Virus record (IMG/VR): IMGVR_UViG_3300032235_000244
Span: 1 to 46,672 of that record
Reading direction: 5' to 3' (one strand)
DNA: 46,672 nt
Source of the DNA: a virus
Taxonomy: Duplodnaviria; Caudoviricetes
Shown: in pieces, positions 10,593 through 20,880 of the stretch
Numbering within the stretch: position 1 is the first letter of the stretch
How the letters are laid out: the number at the start of each line of letters is the position of its first letter
Notes under the pieces: model-generated
What the model was told of the DNA's origin: nothing
Seen by the model: the letters and a program-made list of their open reading frames with translations, nothing else
Databases searched by the model: none
Translations under genes and position numbers: made by a program

Positions 10593-11317
10593 TGAGTTTT
10601 CCAGCAGCGCCTGTGAATGGGCAATACGTTCAAATAAACAATATTGCATATACTTACGATGGAACCAAAAATGCGTGGCTTAGAATTCCGCAAAGATCAT
10701 ATACCGCATCTGCCACTGCACCTGCAAACCCCACAGTAGGAAGTTTGTGGTACAAAACAGGAACAGATGTAATTTATCAATTTCTCAGTGATGGTGTTAG
10801 CTATTACTGGTTGGACATCAATACACAAAGTATTCTAGCTAATGCGGCACCTAGTGTAACTTATCTAGGTGATACGTTTGCTGGTAACTTAACTTTTACT
10901 GGCAATTTAAACGGCACAGTAGGTTACTTGCTTGAGCGAGCCAATGTAGCAGCACAAGCACCTGCTGGTATTACAAATATTGATTTACTTGAAGCACCAG
11001 TACAGTATTTTACAGCGAATGCCACAACAAATATTACTGCCAACATTAGAGGAAACGCTACAATACCATTGAATAATCTTTTAAGTAGCGGTAGATCAGC
11101 TACGTTTGTTTTGTTCATACCACAAGGCGCATCAGCATATTATGTAACTGATGTTAAAATAGATAACGTCACTGTGACACCATCATGGCAAGGCGGCACA
11201 GGACTACTTGGCGGAAACAGCAATTCCATGGACATTTATACTTTTGCGGTTTTAAAGGTAGGTAATGGAGTATTTAAGATATTTTCTAGCCAGGTTAGAT
11301 ATCAGCATCCAGGATAA
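10592..11317 (+). CDS. Minimal fibre/adaptor: N-terminal motif + WYxT module + QHTG-type end domain
   Basis: MSFPAAPVNGQ...YTY...WLR; LERANVAAQAP...RGNATIPLN...SMDIYTF...FSSQVRYQHPG. TAATG-coupled to the previous gene. Confidence 0.85.
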   Translation: MSFPAAPVNGQYVQINNIAYTYDGTKNAWLRIPQRSYTASATAPANPTVGSLWYKTGTDVIYQFLSDGVSYYWLDINTQSILANAAPSVTYLGDTFAGNLTFTGNLNGTVGYLLERANVAAQAPAGITNIDLLEAPVQYFTANATTNITANIRGNATIPLNNLLSSGRSATFVLFIPQGASAYYVTDVKIDNVTVTPSWQGGTGLLGGNSNSMDIYTFAVLKVGNGVFKIFSSQVRYQHPG

Positions 11318-11320
11318 TCT

Positions 11321-12301
11321 ATGCCATTACTAAGCACATACGGAACAGCATCGGGACGCAACTACGGAGCTCGTTTAGCAGATCCAATCGCTTCTACCGG
11401 ACGATTTGGGTTTGATGCTACTACTCCATATGGTACTAGATCTGCTATTAACATATACACAGAAGGAAATATTGTTTTAGACACTACAGGTACCTGGTAT
11501 GCTACACCAGAAGCAGATTTTGTTGCTAATGTTAAAGTATGGGGTGCAGGTAGTACTGGCCAAGGCGGGTATTCGATGGCCACAGTGCAGTTTTACAAAC
11601 AGGTGACTTATAAATTTGTAGTTGGATCTCCTCCAGGATTTGGATTTGGTGGATTTGGTGGTGCTGGTGGTTCTGGAATAGTTTATACCGTTCCGCAGTA
11701 TGCGCCGGGTGATCCAGGACACCTTGTAATTGTAGCAGGCGGAGGGGCTGCTGGTGCAAGCGCAGGTTTTCCATTTGGCGGAACTGCTGGGCCATTTGGC
11801 GGTGGGGCCGGTGGTCGTGTAGAATACCCTTTGACCGCTAATCAATATTCTTCACAAGTTAACCGTGGTGGGACAGCAGTATTTGGCGGTGGTGTTGACA
11901 ATGGTGGTAATCCCAAGTTTTCTAGCCCAGGTGGTGGTACATCTGGTGATCTCTACATTCCTGGAAGATCGCAAGCTGTTTTTGGATATAGCGGCGGCCC
12001 TGCAGCACAATACGGACCAAACCCCTCTCCGGGTGGGTTTGGATTAGGCCCCGGTGGCAACGGAGGGAACCAGGTCACTCAGCCAGGTGGCGGTGGTGGA
12101 GGCGGTGGAGCAGCCGGGGGTGCAGGCGGTAGCGGTACCAACGCAGCTGGTTATGGTGGTGGCGGTGGGGTAGGTTGGTTTGACATATACGACACCAGTA
12201 ACTGGACGTATGCTCCTTCTGGAGCCGGTACCGACTCTGATCGAGGAACTGCTGGCAATGCAGGAACCGCAGGTAAAATACTCGTATACCCATACAGGTA
12301 A
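11321..12301 (+). CDS. Glycine-rich tip/adhesin
   Basis: MPLLSTYGTASGRNYG start; VKVWGAG, IVAGGG and polyglycine motifs. Confidence 0.8.
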   Translation: MPLLSTYGTASGRNYGARLADPIASTGRFGFDATTPYGTRSAINIYTEGNIVLDTTGTWYATPEADFVANVKVWGAGSTGQGGYSMATVQFYKQVTYKFVVGSPPGFGFGGFGGAGGSGIVYTVPQYAPGDPGHLVIVAGGGAAGASAGFPFGGTAGPFGGGAGGRVEYPLTANQYSSQVNRGGTAVFGGGVDNGGNPKFSSPGGGTSGDLYIPGRSQAVFGYSGGPAAQYGPNPSPGGFGLGPGGNGGNQVTQPGGGGGGGGAAGGAGGSGTNAAGYGGGGGVGWFDIYDTSNWTYAPSGAGTDSDRGTAGNAGTAGKILVYPYR

Positions 12302-12304
12302 ATA
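12299..12304 (+). promoter_or_regulatory. Late promoter-like TAAATA overlapping the upstream stop codon
   Basis: gTAAATAgcaagattAAGGAtataatATG, with ATG at 12324. Confidence 0.65.
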
Positions 12305-12323
12305 GCAAGATTAAGGATATAAT

Positions 12324-13538
12324 ATGTCGCTCCCGGTATCAGCAACGAATAATCAAACAGCAGTAATAAATGGGGTTACCTACATTTATAGCCTTGCTGA
12401 TAACACATGGACTAGAATTCAAGCTGGAATTGGAAATTTAACACTTGCTAATGCCAATGTATATAACAATCTTACCAGTAACTTATCTGTTTTAAACAAT
12501 GTATTTGTACAAAGCGGCTTATTTTGGGCGGGTAATGGCATTAGTATTCCTAGTACTGGCGCAGGCAGCGGCGGCCCTACTTATACAACTGGAGCCTCAG
12601 CACCAACAGTACCGTCACCAAATCCTGGAGATCAATGGTATGATACTGTCAATGATATTCTCTATGAATATGTCAATGACGGCACAACCAGTTACTGGAT
12701 TGATATACAAAGCCCAACAACTTACACTGACACATTATTAAACACTTTACAATCTAACATATCTGTTGCTGGAAATGTATCTACGGGAAATTTATCTGTA
12801 GCACAATCTGCAAATATAGGTGGTAATCTTATATCTGGAAATTTAACTACCACATCGTTAACAGTAACAGGAAATATAACCAATGCAAATATAACTGCAA
12901 ATTTATCTGTTGCTGGAAACATAAACAGTGGTAATGTAAACACTGGTACTATTACATCTTTGGTAATTACAGCTACAGGCAATGTGATATCCGGCAATGT
13001 ACAAACAGGTAATTTAACAGTTACAAATAATATATCTGGTACAAACATAAGTGCTACTAATGTAACAACCACTAATTTTAATAGTGACAATATAGTCACA
13101 GGCAACATAACATTTTCAGGTGTGTTAAGCGGCGGTACGATATTAAATATGTTTGAAAGAGCCAATGTAATAGCCACAGCTCCTCCAGCTACTACCAATA
13201 TTGATCTTTTAAGCGGAACAATTATATATTACACAGGCAACGCTACAACAAACATCACAGCCAATGTTCGAGGTAATAGTACAGTTGCAGCAAATACTGT
13301 ACTAAGTACCAATCAATCTTCAACTTTAGCATTACTCATTCCTCAAGCATCTCCTGGTTACATTGTAAATAGTTTTGTTATTGATAATATTAGCGTAGCT
13401 CCAGTTTGGCAAGGAGGCGCTGCCCCAATTACCGGTAGTCCTAATTCCATCGATATCTATACATTCACTATTATAAAAACTGAATCCGCAACATTTAAGG
13501 TTTTTGCCACTAAAACACAATTCCAGCACACAGGATAA
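12324..13538 (+). CDS. Fibre with GN(I/L/V)(T/S) repeat shaft and QHTG-type end domain
   Basis: N-terminal motif variant MSLPVSATNNQ...YIY...WTR; GDQWYDT module; FERANV...FKVFATKTQFQHTG. Confidence 0.85.
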   Translation: MSLPVSATNNQTAVINGVTYIYSLADNTWTRIQAGIGNLTLANANVYNNLTSNLSVLNNVFVQSGLFWAGNGISIPSTGAGSGGPTYTTGASAPTVPSPNPGDQWYDTVNDILYEYVNDGTTSYWIDIQSPTTYTDTLLNTLQSNISVAGNVSTGNLSVAQSANIGGNLISGNLTTTSLTVTGNITNANITANLSVAGNINSGNVNTGTITSLVITATGNVISGNVQTGNLTVTNNISGTNISATNVTTTNFNSDNIVTGNITFSGVLSGGTILNMFERANVIATAPPATTNIDLLSGTIIYYTGNATTNITANVRGNSTVAANTVLSTNQSSTLALLIPQASPGYIVNSFVIDNISVAPVWQGGAAPITGSPNSIDIYTFTIIKTESATFKVFATKTQFQHTG

Positions 13539-13543
13539 AACCT

Positions 13544-14539
13544 ATGCCTTTTATACAATCTTTTGGATCCGGATCACATAGAGGTTTTGGAAAACTCACA
13601 CTATTAAATACCTTTCTAGAAGCACAGTCAGTATTTACTGTATGCGGAACATATACATGGCTTTGTCCACTAGGCGTTACTAGTGTTTCTGTCATGTGCA
13701 TAGGCGCTGGTGGCCATGGCGGACAAGGCGGCACAACCGGTTCGGGCGGTAGTGGTGGTGGCTATGCCTATATCTCTAACTATCCTGTGACACCTGGAAC
13801 TAGTTATACTGTAAAAGTTGGCTGTGCTGGTGGTAGTATAGGCGGTGACGATACCTACTTTGGAAGATTTCAGTCTATAGGTGTTGGTGGTGGCGGCTCT
13901 GCTGATAGTTGGTTTCATACTGAAGATGTAGTGAGAGGTGGCGGCGGACAGAACGGTCAAGTAGGTTTTACTTCTCCTGGCGCCCGCGGAGGTGGGTGGT
14001 ACATTGGCCCAGGACTAACAGGTACAGGCAGAACTGGTGGTGGCTCAGATTTAGCTGCTGTTGACAATGTCTATCCTACAGTTTCAAGCGGAGGTGGTGG
14101 TGCTGGGAGTAATGATACCTACATAGGAAATGAGATTCCTGGCGACACTGGATACGGGCAGCCAGGTGCAGGTGGTGGCAGCGATTTTGGTTCCGGTGTC
14201 GCTCCTGGCGATGATGTAGCAGCAACCAATGGTGGAACAGGTGGCGGCGGAATGGGAATATACGGTATTGGTGCAACTGGAGTGGGCTTCAGTGGTGGTG
14301 GCTCTGGTGGAGAACCAGGCGGATCTTATTCTGGAGTTGCAGGAAGTATTCAAGCCGGTAACGGCGGAAAATATGGGGGCGGTGGCGCCGGTGGACACTA
14401 CTATACCTTCGGCCCTGGTTTCGCTAGTAGTATAACTCGAGGCCTTGGAGCAGTCGGCGCAGTTCGTATTATTTGGGGTGCAGGTAGAGCTTACCCTAAC
14501 ACATTTACAGGTAACACAAATGTATTAATTGAAAGGTAA
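13544..14539 (+). CDS. Glycine-rich tip/adhesin (GTYTWxCPxGVTSV ... GAVRIIWGAGRAYP class)
   Basis: MPFIQSFGSGSHRGFG start. The conserved frame is shared with 16250 and 19877. Confidence 0.8.
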   Translation: MPFIQSFGSGSHRGFGKLTLLNTFLEAQSVFTVCGTYTWLCPLGVTSVSVMCIGAGGHGGQGGTTGSGGSGGGYAYISNYPVTPGTSYTVKVGCAGGSIGGDDTYFGRFQSIGVGGGGSADSWFHTEDVVRGGGGQNGQVGFTSPGARGGGWYIGPGLTGTGRTGGGSDLAAVDNVYPTVSSGGGGAGSNDTYIGNEIPGDTGYGQPGAGGGSDFGSGVAPGDDVAATNGGTGGGGMGIYGIGATGVGFSGGGSGGEPGGSYSGVAGSIQAGNGGKYGGGGAGGHYYTFGPGFASSITRGLGAVGAVRIIWGAGRAYPNTFTGNTNVLIER

Positions 14540-14542
14540 TTT

Positions 14543-14950
14543 ATGAATTTATATATCAAAATAGTTGATGGGAAACCAGTTGATCATCCTATACAAGAGG
14601 ATAATTTTATACAGGCATTTCCTGGTGTTGATCTAGAAAACTTACCGCCAGAATTTGCTAGATTTAACCGGGTCCCAGTACCGCAAAACGCACGAATTTA
14701 TGAAATCATTGACAGCACATACGACTGGGATAACGGAATAGTCAAAGATGTACACGTAATTAGACCAATGACCCCAGAAGAAAAAGAAAGTCTACAAAAT
14801 CGGGCAAAAGAATTTTGGGCACAACAAGGTTTAGCAAGTTGGGTATTCAACGAAGAAACTTGTGCTTTTGACCCACCTATACCCTATCCCCAAGACGGAC
14901 ATCACTATATATGGGACGAACCCACAACATCCTGGATAGTTAACGAATAA
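14543..14950 (+). CDS. Small fibre-associated protein, possible chaperone
   Basis: C-terminal SWVFNEETCAFDPPIPYPQDG..YIWDE...W is paralogous to 3958..4326. Confidence 0.65.
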   Translation: MNLYIKIVDGKPVDHPIQEDNFIQAFPGVDLENLPPEFARFNRVPVPQNARIYEIIDSTYDWDNGIVKDVHVIRPMTPEEKESLQNRAKEFWAQQGLASWVFNEETCAFDPPIPYPQDGHHYIWDEPTTSWIVNE

Positions 14951-14974
14951 ATACGTTGATTAAGGTATAATATG
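14945..14974 (+). promoter_or_regulatory. Late promoter + RBS block, identical to 29673..29702
   Basis: gaaTAAATAcgttgattAAGGTataatATG occurs twice, 30 bp identical. Confidence 0.75.
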
Positions 14975-16243
14975 TCATTTCCAATCAGCCCAACAGACGG
15001 GCAAACAACCCAAGTAAACGGTATATATTACGTTTACCAAGCAGCAAACAATAAATGGACACGCACTTTAAGTCCATTAGCTAATATTTCTTTGGTTGGA
15101 AATATTACCACTGGAAATGCAAACATTTATACCCAGCTAAATTCTCCGCTAGGTACTTTTGCCAACTTATATATTACTAGTGGTTTATTTTGGGCCAACG
15201 GTATCAGTATTCCTGCTACCAGTGGCGGTGGCGGTGGCGGTGGATCTCCTACTGGTTCTCAAGGGCAATTACAGTATAACGAAGCTGGAACATTTGGTGC
15301 TACAACAGTATTTTACGATAATGCAACAGGTAACTTAGTAATTACAGATACCACAGACAGCACCAGTATTACATCAGGTGGTTTAGTTATCAAAGGCGGG
15401 GTTGGTGTATCGGGTAATGTTTTTGCCAGTACCGTGTATTCCACTACAGGATTAAAATGGGCCAGCAATGGCATATCAATTAATCCTTCATATACCACAT
15501 CATCTTCTGTACCGTTAAATCCTGCTGTGGGCGATCAATGGTATGATACCGGTGATGGCGTTGTGTATCAGTATCTCAATGACGGATCTTCTGCCCAATG
15601 GGTAGATGTTTCTTCTCCAACCTTTCTTGCTAATTCTGGAAACACCACTAGAGCATTTTATGGTAACGTAAGTTTTGATTCAAATGTAACTGCGGTAGCA
15701 AATATAACCAGCGGTAACTTAATTACTGGCAATTTAACATCAAACACAATAGTTGTTTCTTCTAACTTGCAGGCACAGAATGCAGTACTTACATCAAATT
15801 TAACTGTTAACAATGTGTTTACAGTCAATGGTGGAATTATAGGTGGCGGCTATGTATTTGAAAAAGCAACAATAACTGCAACAGCACCGCCATCGTCTGT
15901 GGACATAGATCTGCTTACTTCTTCAATTATATATTGGACTGGCAATGCTACCACTAACACAACCGCCAACATTCGCGGCAATGCTACAGTACCTTTGAAC
16001 AGTATATTGTCTACTGGGCAAAGTACTACAGCAGTATTGTTTTATCCTCAAGGATCATCAAACTATTGCATAAATGTAGTCAAAGTTGATAATACCAATG
16101 TATTAATAAACTGGCAAGGATCAGCAAATGTTGCAGCAGGAAATTCAAATTCTGTTGACGTTTATACTTTAAGCATAGTAAAAACAGGTAGCGCAACATT
16201 CAAAGTCTTTGCATCACAATCACAATTCCTACACACAGGTTAA
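14972..16243 (+). CDS. Fibre with QHTG-type end domain
   Basis: MSFPISPTDGQ...YVY...WTR; GDQWYDT; FEKATI...FKVFASQSQFLHTG. Confidence 0.85.
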   Translation: MSFPISPTDGQTTQVNGIYYVYQAANNKWTRTLSPLANISLVGNITTGNANIYTQLNSPLGTFANLYITSGLFWANGISIPATSGGGGGGGSPTGSQGQLQYNEAGTFGATTVFYDNATGNLVITDTTDSTSITSGGLVIKGGVGVSGNVFASTVYSTTGLKWASNGISINPSYTTSSSVPLNPAVGDQWYDTGDGVVYQYLNDGSSAQWVDVSSPTFLANSGNTTRAFYGNVSFDSNVTAVANITSGNLITGNLTSNTIVVSSNLQAQNAVLTSNLTVNNVFTVNGGIIGGGYVFEKATITATAPPSSVDIDLLTSSIIYWTGNATTNTTANIRGNATVPLNSILSTGQSTTAVLFYPQGSSNYCINVVKVDNTNVLINWQGSANVAAGNSNSVDVYTLSIVKTGSATFKVFASQSQFLHTG

Positions 16244-16249
16244 TCTATT

Positions 16250-17287
16250 ATGCCAATGATATCAACAAAAGCATTTGGATCAGCAAATTCTAGTCTGTTA
16301 AAAAAAAGAAATCCATCACCTTCAATAGCAAAACAAATGCTGTTTGATTCACCAGGAACATACAGTTGGATATGTCCAGCAGGAGTTACCAGTGTTAGTG
16401 TAGTTGCCATTGGTGGAGGCGGTGGAGGTGGCGTTGTTCGACTTGATGCTCCTACACCATATAGAAGTGGTGGAGGTGGTGCCGGTCTTGCTTGGATCAA
16501 CAATTACACAGTGACTCCGGGAAGTAGCTATACTGTACAAGTTGGTGAGGGGGGTTTACGAGGATATAATTCACCAGATTACTTGTATGATCCTGTTCCT
16601 TCTAGAAATGCTGCAATTGGCGGTAACAGCTATTTTATTAGCACAAGCATTTGTAACGGGTGGGGTGGTGGCATTGGCAGTACTAATGGTACATATAAAG
16701 GTGGTAGTTACACTGTAACTACCAGTACCGGATCTTATGGTGGCGGAGCGGGCGGAGAGAGTTACAGCTTTTCAGCTCTTGGACAAGACTCTATTGGTGG
16801 CAGGTACGATGTGTGGGGCGGTGGCGGTGCAGGCGGATACACTGGTGTAGGTGGTTATGGTTATAACTCTTTTACCAATGGTTATGGCGCAGGGACCGGC
16901 GGAGCGGGCGGTGGTGGTGGATATGTAATACCGGCACGCTACAGTGGGATCCCAACAACCCACGGAGGTGGCGGTGGCGGGGTTGGTGTATATGGGCAAG
17001 GGCCTAGTGGTGGAGCCAGTATCGTTACTGAATGGGGTATTTATACTCCTTTTTATATATCTTACGGTGGCGGTGGTGGCTCCGGTGGCCAACCAGGGAA
17101 TAATGGTTATAGCATTAGCGGCACTGTATCCTACGGAGATGGGGGAAGATACGGAGGTGGCGGGGCTACTGGCTATGCAGACGGCCGCGGCAACTTTGGC
17201 GGAAACGGAGGCGTTGGCGCAGTAAGGATTATGTGGGGTGCAGGACGAGCGTTTCCTAGCACAAACACCGGAGATCAGTTTGAATAA
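16250..17287 (+). CDS. Glycine-rich tip/adhesin
   Basis: MPMISTKAFGSANS start (divergent peptide); PGTYSWICPAGVTSVSVVAIGGGGGG...GAVRIMWGAGRAFPSTNTG; Tyr-rich loops. Confidence 0.8.
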   Translation: MPMISTKAFGSANSSLLKKRNPSPSIAKQMLFDSPGTYSWICPAGVTSVSVVAIGGGGGGGVVRLDAPTPYRSGGGGAGLAWINNYTVTPGSSYTVQVGEGGLRGYNSPDYLYDPVPSRNAAIGGNSYFISTSICNGWGGGIGSTNGTYKGGSYTVTTSTGSYGGGAGGESYSFSALGQDSIGGRYDVWGGGGAGGYTGVGGYGYNSFTNGYGAGTGGAGGGGGYVIPARYSGIPTTHGGGGGGVGVYGQGPSGGASIVTEWGIYTPFYISYGGGGGSGGQPGNNGYSISGTVSYGDGGRYGGGGATGYADGRGNFGGNGGVGAVRIMWGAGRAFPSTNTGDQFE

Positions 17288-17316
17288 ACAACAAAACATT
17301 GGTAACAATAAATGGG

Positions 17317-17322
17317 TAAATA
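17317..17322 (+). promoter_or_regulatory. Late promoter-like TAAATA
   Basis: Intergenic, followed by AGGA and ATG 17345. Confidence 0.65.
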
Positions 17323-17344
17323 CACTATTAGGACTTTAAAATAA

Positions 17345-19873
17345 ATGGCATATTTCCCAACGTCACCAAGTAATGGAGCAACAGTAACCGTAAACGGTAT
17401 AATTTACACCTACGACGCTACCAAAACTGCTTGGAAACGTGTACTAACACCTATAAGCACTGTTGATGTTTCGGGAAATATCAATGTAGGAAACGTTGTA
17501 GGCAATGTATATACAACCTCAGGGGTATTTTGGGCCAATGGACTAGCTTTTTTTACACCACCTGCTGGTGTAGATACACAGCTACAGTTTAGAGATGGGA
17601 CTATTTTTGGTAACGCTAATATTAGTTTTATCAAAGCCAATGGCAATCTTGTAATAACCAGCGTTACAAATTCAGTTGATTTTAATTCTGGAGCTTTAGT
17701 AGTTAAAGGTGGCCTTGGAGTTGCTGGCAATGTCATGCTTGGCAGTAGCATCAACGGACTTATAGGTAGTAATTTAGTCGCAGCAGCAAACACAATTTCT
17801 ACCAGTTTTACTACTGGCGCATTTGTGGTCGTAGGTGGCGCAGGTATTGCAGGCAACTTGTATGCAAATGCTAATGTGCATCTTGGTGGTGGAACAACTA
17901 GCAATGTAGTAGTGCGTTCAATAACTACTTCATTGTCAAGTACTACAGGTGCCTTGGTAGTTCGAGGCGGTGTTGGTATTGCTGGTAACCTGTACGCTAA
18001 TAGTAATGTCATAATTGGCGGCGGTGGGTTTAACAGTAATCTTTTAGTCAACAGTGTTACAACAAGTACATCAACTACCACTGGTGCTATGGTAGTGATA
18101 GGTGGCGCTGGTGTTGGAGGCAATATATGGTCCGGCGGTAACATCTTTACTACCAATGGATTATTCTGGGCAGGTAACAGAGCAGCATATAATATTTCAG
18201 TTAGCGGCAGTGACACTCAAATACAATATAACGATAACGGAGTGCAGAATGGTGCTAACATTACCTTTGCAAAAGCCAATGGTAACGTAGTAATAAACAG
18301 TGTTACAACCAGTGGTAACACAACAAGTGGTGCTCTAGTGATCAGAGGTGGTATGGGTGTTGCAGGTAACACCTATATCAGCGGTAACGTGATATTAGGT
18401 TCAGGTGCCACAAGCAATGTAGTAATTGCAGCAACCACTGCCAGTGGTAATACAACAAGTGGTGCGTTGGTAGTTGCAGGAGGTGTTGGTATTGCAGGTA
18501 ATCTATGGATTACAAATACCAATGATGTAAGTGCAAATATTGGTGCGTTTTATACCTATGCTAATGCCAATATTGGTACCATTACAACTCAAATTGCAAG
18601 TTTAACTTCTGGTGCAAATACCAATACAGCAGCCTATTTAACTACCTACACAGGCAATATCTCTGCTGCAAATATTGTAATCAGCGCCAATACAAGAACT
18701 AAAAAATTATTCATTCAGGAAGGTTTATTCTGGTCAGGAAACAACGCTGCATTTACTAGTGGTGCGGTGTCACTTGATGAGTTAACAGATGTAGCAATTA
18801 CTGGACCACTGAGTGGACAAGTATTAAAATACAACGGAACTAGTTGGGTTAATGGAACAACCGCAGGCGGTACTAGTACTATATTAACTTATACAGCGTC
18901 AACAACATTGCCAGAAAATCCAAACATTGGAGATAGATGGTTTGATACCAACGATGGAACAGTTTATGAGTATGTTGACGATGGAGATTCTTTCCAGTGG
19001 GTAGATATTGTATCTCCGTCATTGAGTGCTTCAGGCAGCGCAATTGACGACACAATAAGAGCCAATGTTGGTGCATATCAAATTTATGCCAATGCCAACA
19101 TTGGCACACTGTTTCTTGGAAATGTAAGTACACAGGCAAATATTGGTACACTGTTTCTTGGAAATGCTGCAACACAGGCCAACCTTGGAAGACTGTTTTT
19201 AGGCAATACCACTACACAAGCGAACCTAGGTGCATTCCAAACATTTAGTAATGCCAACGCAGCTACACAAGCAACAAGTATCAATACTTTTAATGCCAAT
19301 CTTGGCGCATTCCAAACCTTCTCCAATGCCAATGCTGCTACACAACAAACACAGATTAATAGTCTAGTAACTAGTGCAAATGCCAACGTCGCAGCGTATC
19401 TAAATACCTTCAATGGTAATGCCTCTATAGGCAACTTAAATATTCCTGGCACTGGATTTATGGGATTGAATGGCATTTCCTATTTGCTGGAAAGAGCCAA
19501 TATTGTAGCCGCAGCACCTGCGCCTACTATAAATTTTGATGTACTCACTTCATCTGTGTTGTATTGGAATTCAAATGTTAACACAAACGCCACAGTTAAT
19601 ATTCGTGGCAACGCCACAGTGGCATTGAATAACGTAATGGCAGTGGGTCAAACCTCTACTGTAGTGTTATTTTTCCCACAGCAAGTGGCTTACTATGTAA
19701 GTACAGTTCAAGTTGATAGTACTACAGTGACCCCTTCATGGTTGGGTAACAGTGCACCTAGTAACGGTAACGCTAATTCTATAGACATATACAGCTTTAC
19801 TGTGTTGAAAAAAGGTGCTGGATCGTTTAAAGTGTTTGCATCTTATTCAACCTATCAGAATACAGGATTGTAA
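17345..19873 (+). CDS. Fibre with GALVV repeats, LDELTDV..GQVLKYNGTSW motif, 11/14-aa stalk and QHTG-type end domain
   Basis: MAYFPTSPSNG...YTY...WKR start; ends FKVFASYSTYQNTGL. Confidence 0.85.
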   Translation: MAYFPTSPSNGATVTVNGIIYTYDATKTAWKRVLTPISTVDVSGNINVGNVVGNVYTTSGVFWANGLAFFTPPAGVDTQLQFRDGTIFGNANISFIKANGNLVITSVTNSVDFNSGALVVKGGLGVAGNVMLGSSINGLIGSNLVAAANTISTSFTTGAFVVVGGAGIAGNLYANANVHLGGGTTSNVVVRSITTSLSSTTGALVVRGGVGIAGNLYANSNVIIGGGGFNSNLLVNSVTTSTSTTTGAMVVIGGAGVGGNIWSGGNIFTTNGLFWAGNRAAYNISVSGSDTQIQYNDNGVQNGANITFAKANGNVVINSVTTSGNTTSGALVIRGGMGVAGNTYISGNVILGSGATSNVVIAATTASGNTTSGALVVAGGVGIAGNLWITNTNDVSANIGAFYTYANANIGTITTQIASLTSGANTNTAAYLTTYTGNISAANIVISANTRTKKLFIQEGLFWSGNNAAFTSGAVSLDELTDVAITGPLSGQVLKYNGTSWVNGTTAGGTSTILTYTASTTLPENPNIGDRWFDTNDGTVYEYVDDGDSFQWVDIVSPSLSASGSAIDDTIRANVGAYQIYANANIGTLFLGNVSTQANIGTLFLGNAATQANLGRLFLGNTTTQANLGAFQTFSNANAATQATSINTFNANLGAFQTFSNANAATQQTQINSLVTSANANVAAYLNTFNGNASIGNLNIPGTGFMGLNGISYLLERANIVAAAPAPTINFDVLTSSVLYWNSNVNTNATVNIRGNATVALNNVMAVGQTSTVVLFFPQQVAYYVSTVQVDSTTVTPSWLGNSAPSNGNANSIDIYSFTVLKKGAGSFKVFASYSTYQNTGL

Positions 19874-19876
19874 ACT

Positions 19877-20821
19877 ATGGCACTGATGTCTACACGAGGA
19901 GCCGGGTCTGCACGTAACTATGGCACTTTGTCTAAACGAACACAAATCTTCAGAGGAACTCCACAACAAGACACATATACTACTCCGGGTACATATACCT
20001 GGGTATGCCCTGCAGGTGTAACATCAGTTTGTGTACTTTGCATTGGTGGAGGCGGTGGTGGTGGAACTGCTCAGTTTAGTACTGGTGGAGGCGGTGGTGG
20101 TGGAGTGGCAATGTCTAACGATATTACTGTTACTCCTGGAGTCAGTTACACTGTGGTAGTCGCTCCAGGCATGGCACCAAATGCATTGTTTGGTGCTCGA
20201 GTTCACTCAACTTTTAATAGTACCACTGTGAGAGGAGGCACAGGTTTAAGCGGCGGTATAGATTCTGGAGAAGGCGGCGCACCTGGCGGCGGGGATATCA
20301 ATCCTCGCAGTATTGGACAAATCCAATTGCATGGTGGTGATGGTGGGGATAGTGGTAGTTCTAACCATCATGGTGGTGGTGGTGGAGCCGGCGGACGCGG
20401 AATTAATCCTGTTGCATTTTCTGAATCAGGAAAAGGCGGTAGCGCCATTGGTGGTTATTTTGGTACACCACCTGATGGGAATGATGGTGTCTTGGGCGGT
20501 GCAGGGGGCGGTGCAAGTAGCACCTTAACTATTACCAACGGAGCCGGCGGCGGCGGAATTGGGGTATTTGGGATAGACACAGTATTTGGAAACGGTGGCG
20601 GCGGACAAAGAACTAACAACGTTCCGTACGGCGGATATGGCGGCAGTGGTGGCGAAACTGGACAAACTGCAACTGCATCAGCAGCAGGAACTGGGGGTAG
20701 ATTTGGTGGCGGTGGTGGCGGTGGACCAAATGCAGCACCTGGCGCAGGCGGAGCAGTAAGAATTATCTGGGGAGCTGGGAGAGCTTATCCAAACACAAAT
20801 ACTGGTGATGTTTATGTGTAA
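19877..20821 (+). CDS. Glycine-rich tip/adhesin
   Basis: MALMSTRGAGSARNYG start; TPGTYTWVCPAGVTSV...GAVRIIWGAGRAYPNTNTG. Confidence 0.8.
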   Translation: MALMSTRGAGSARNYGTLSKRTQIFRGTPQQDTYTTPGTYTWVCPAGVTSVCVLCIGGGGGGGTAQFSTGGGGGGGVAMSNDITVTPGVSYTVVVAPGMAPNALFGARVHSTFNSTTVRGGTGLSGGIDSGEGGAPGGGDINPRSIGQIQLHGGDGGDSGSSNHHGGGGGAGGRGINPVAFSESGKGGSAIGGYFGTPPDGNDGVLGGAGGGASSTLTITNGAGGGGIGVFGIDTVFGNGGGGQRTNNVPYGGYGGSGGETGQTATASAAGTGGRFGGGGGGGPNAAPGAGGAVRIIWGAGRAYPNTNTGDVYV

Positions 20822-20853
20822 AAGATCTGTAAAATTAAACGAAAATAATAAAA

Positions 20854-20859
20854 TAAATA
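20854..20859 (+). promoter_or_regulatory. Late promoter-like TAAATA
   Basis: Intergenic, followed by GAGG and ATG 20881. Confidence 0.65.
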
Positions 20860-20880
20860 CATAGATCGAGGCATAGATAA

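Noticed and set aside
14965-14970. TATAAT before ATGs at 12324, 14972 and 29700 as sigma70 -10 boxes
   Set aside because: They lie between the SD and the start codon, 1 nt from the ATG, and no properly spaced TTGACA was seen.
3090-20821. Gly-rich proteins as collagen or mycobacterial PE-PGRS
   Set aside because: There is no Gly-X-Y periodicity and no PE domain. Context and frame motifs fit phage polyglycine adhesins.
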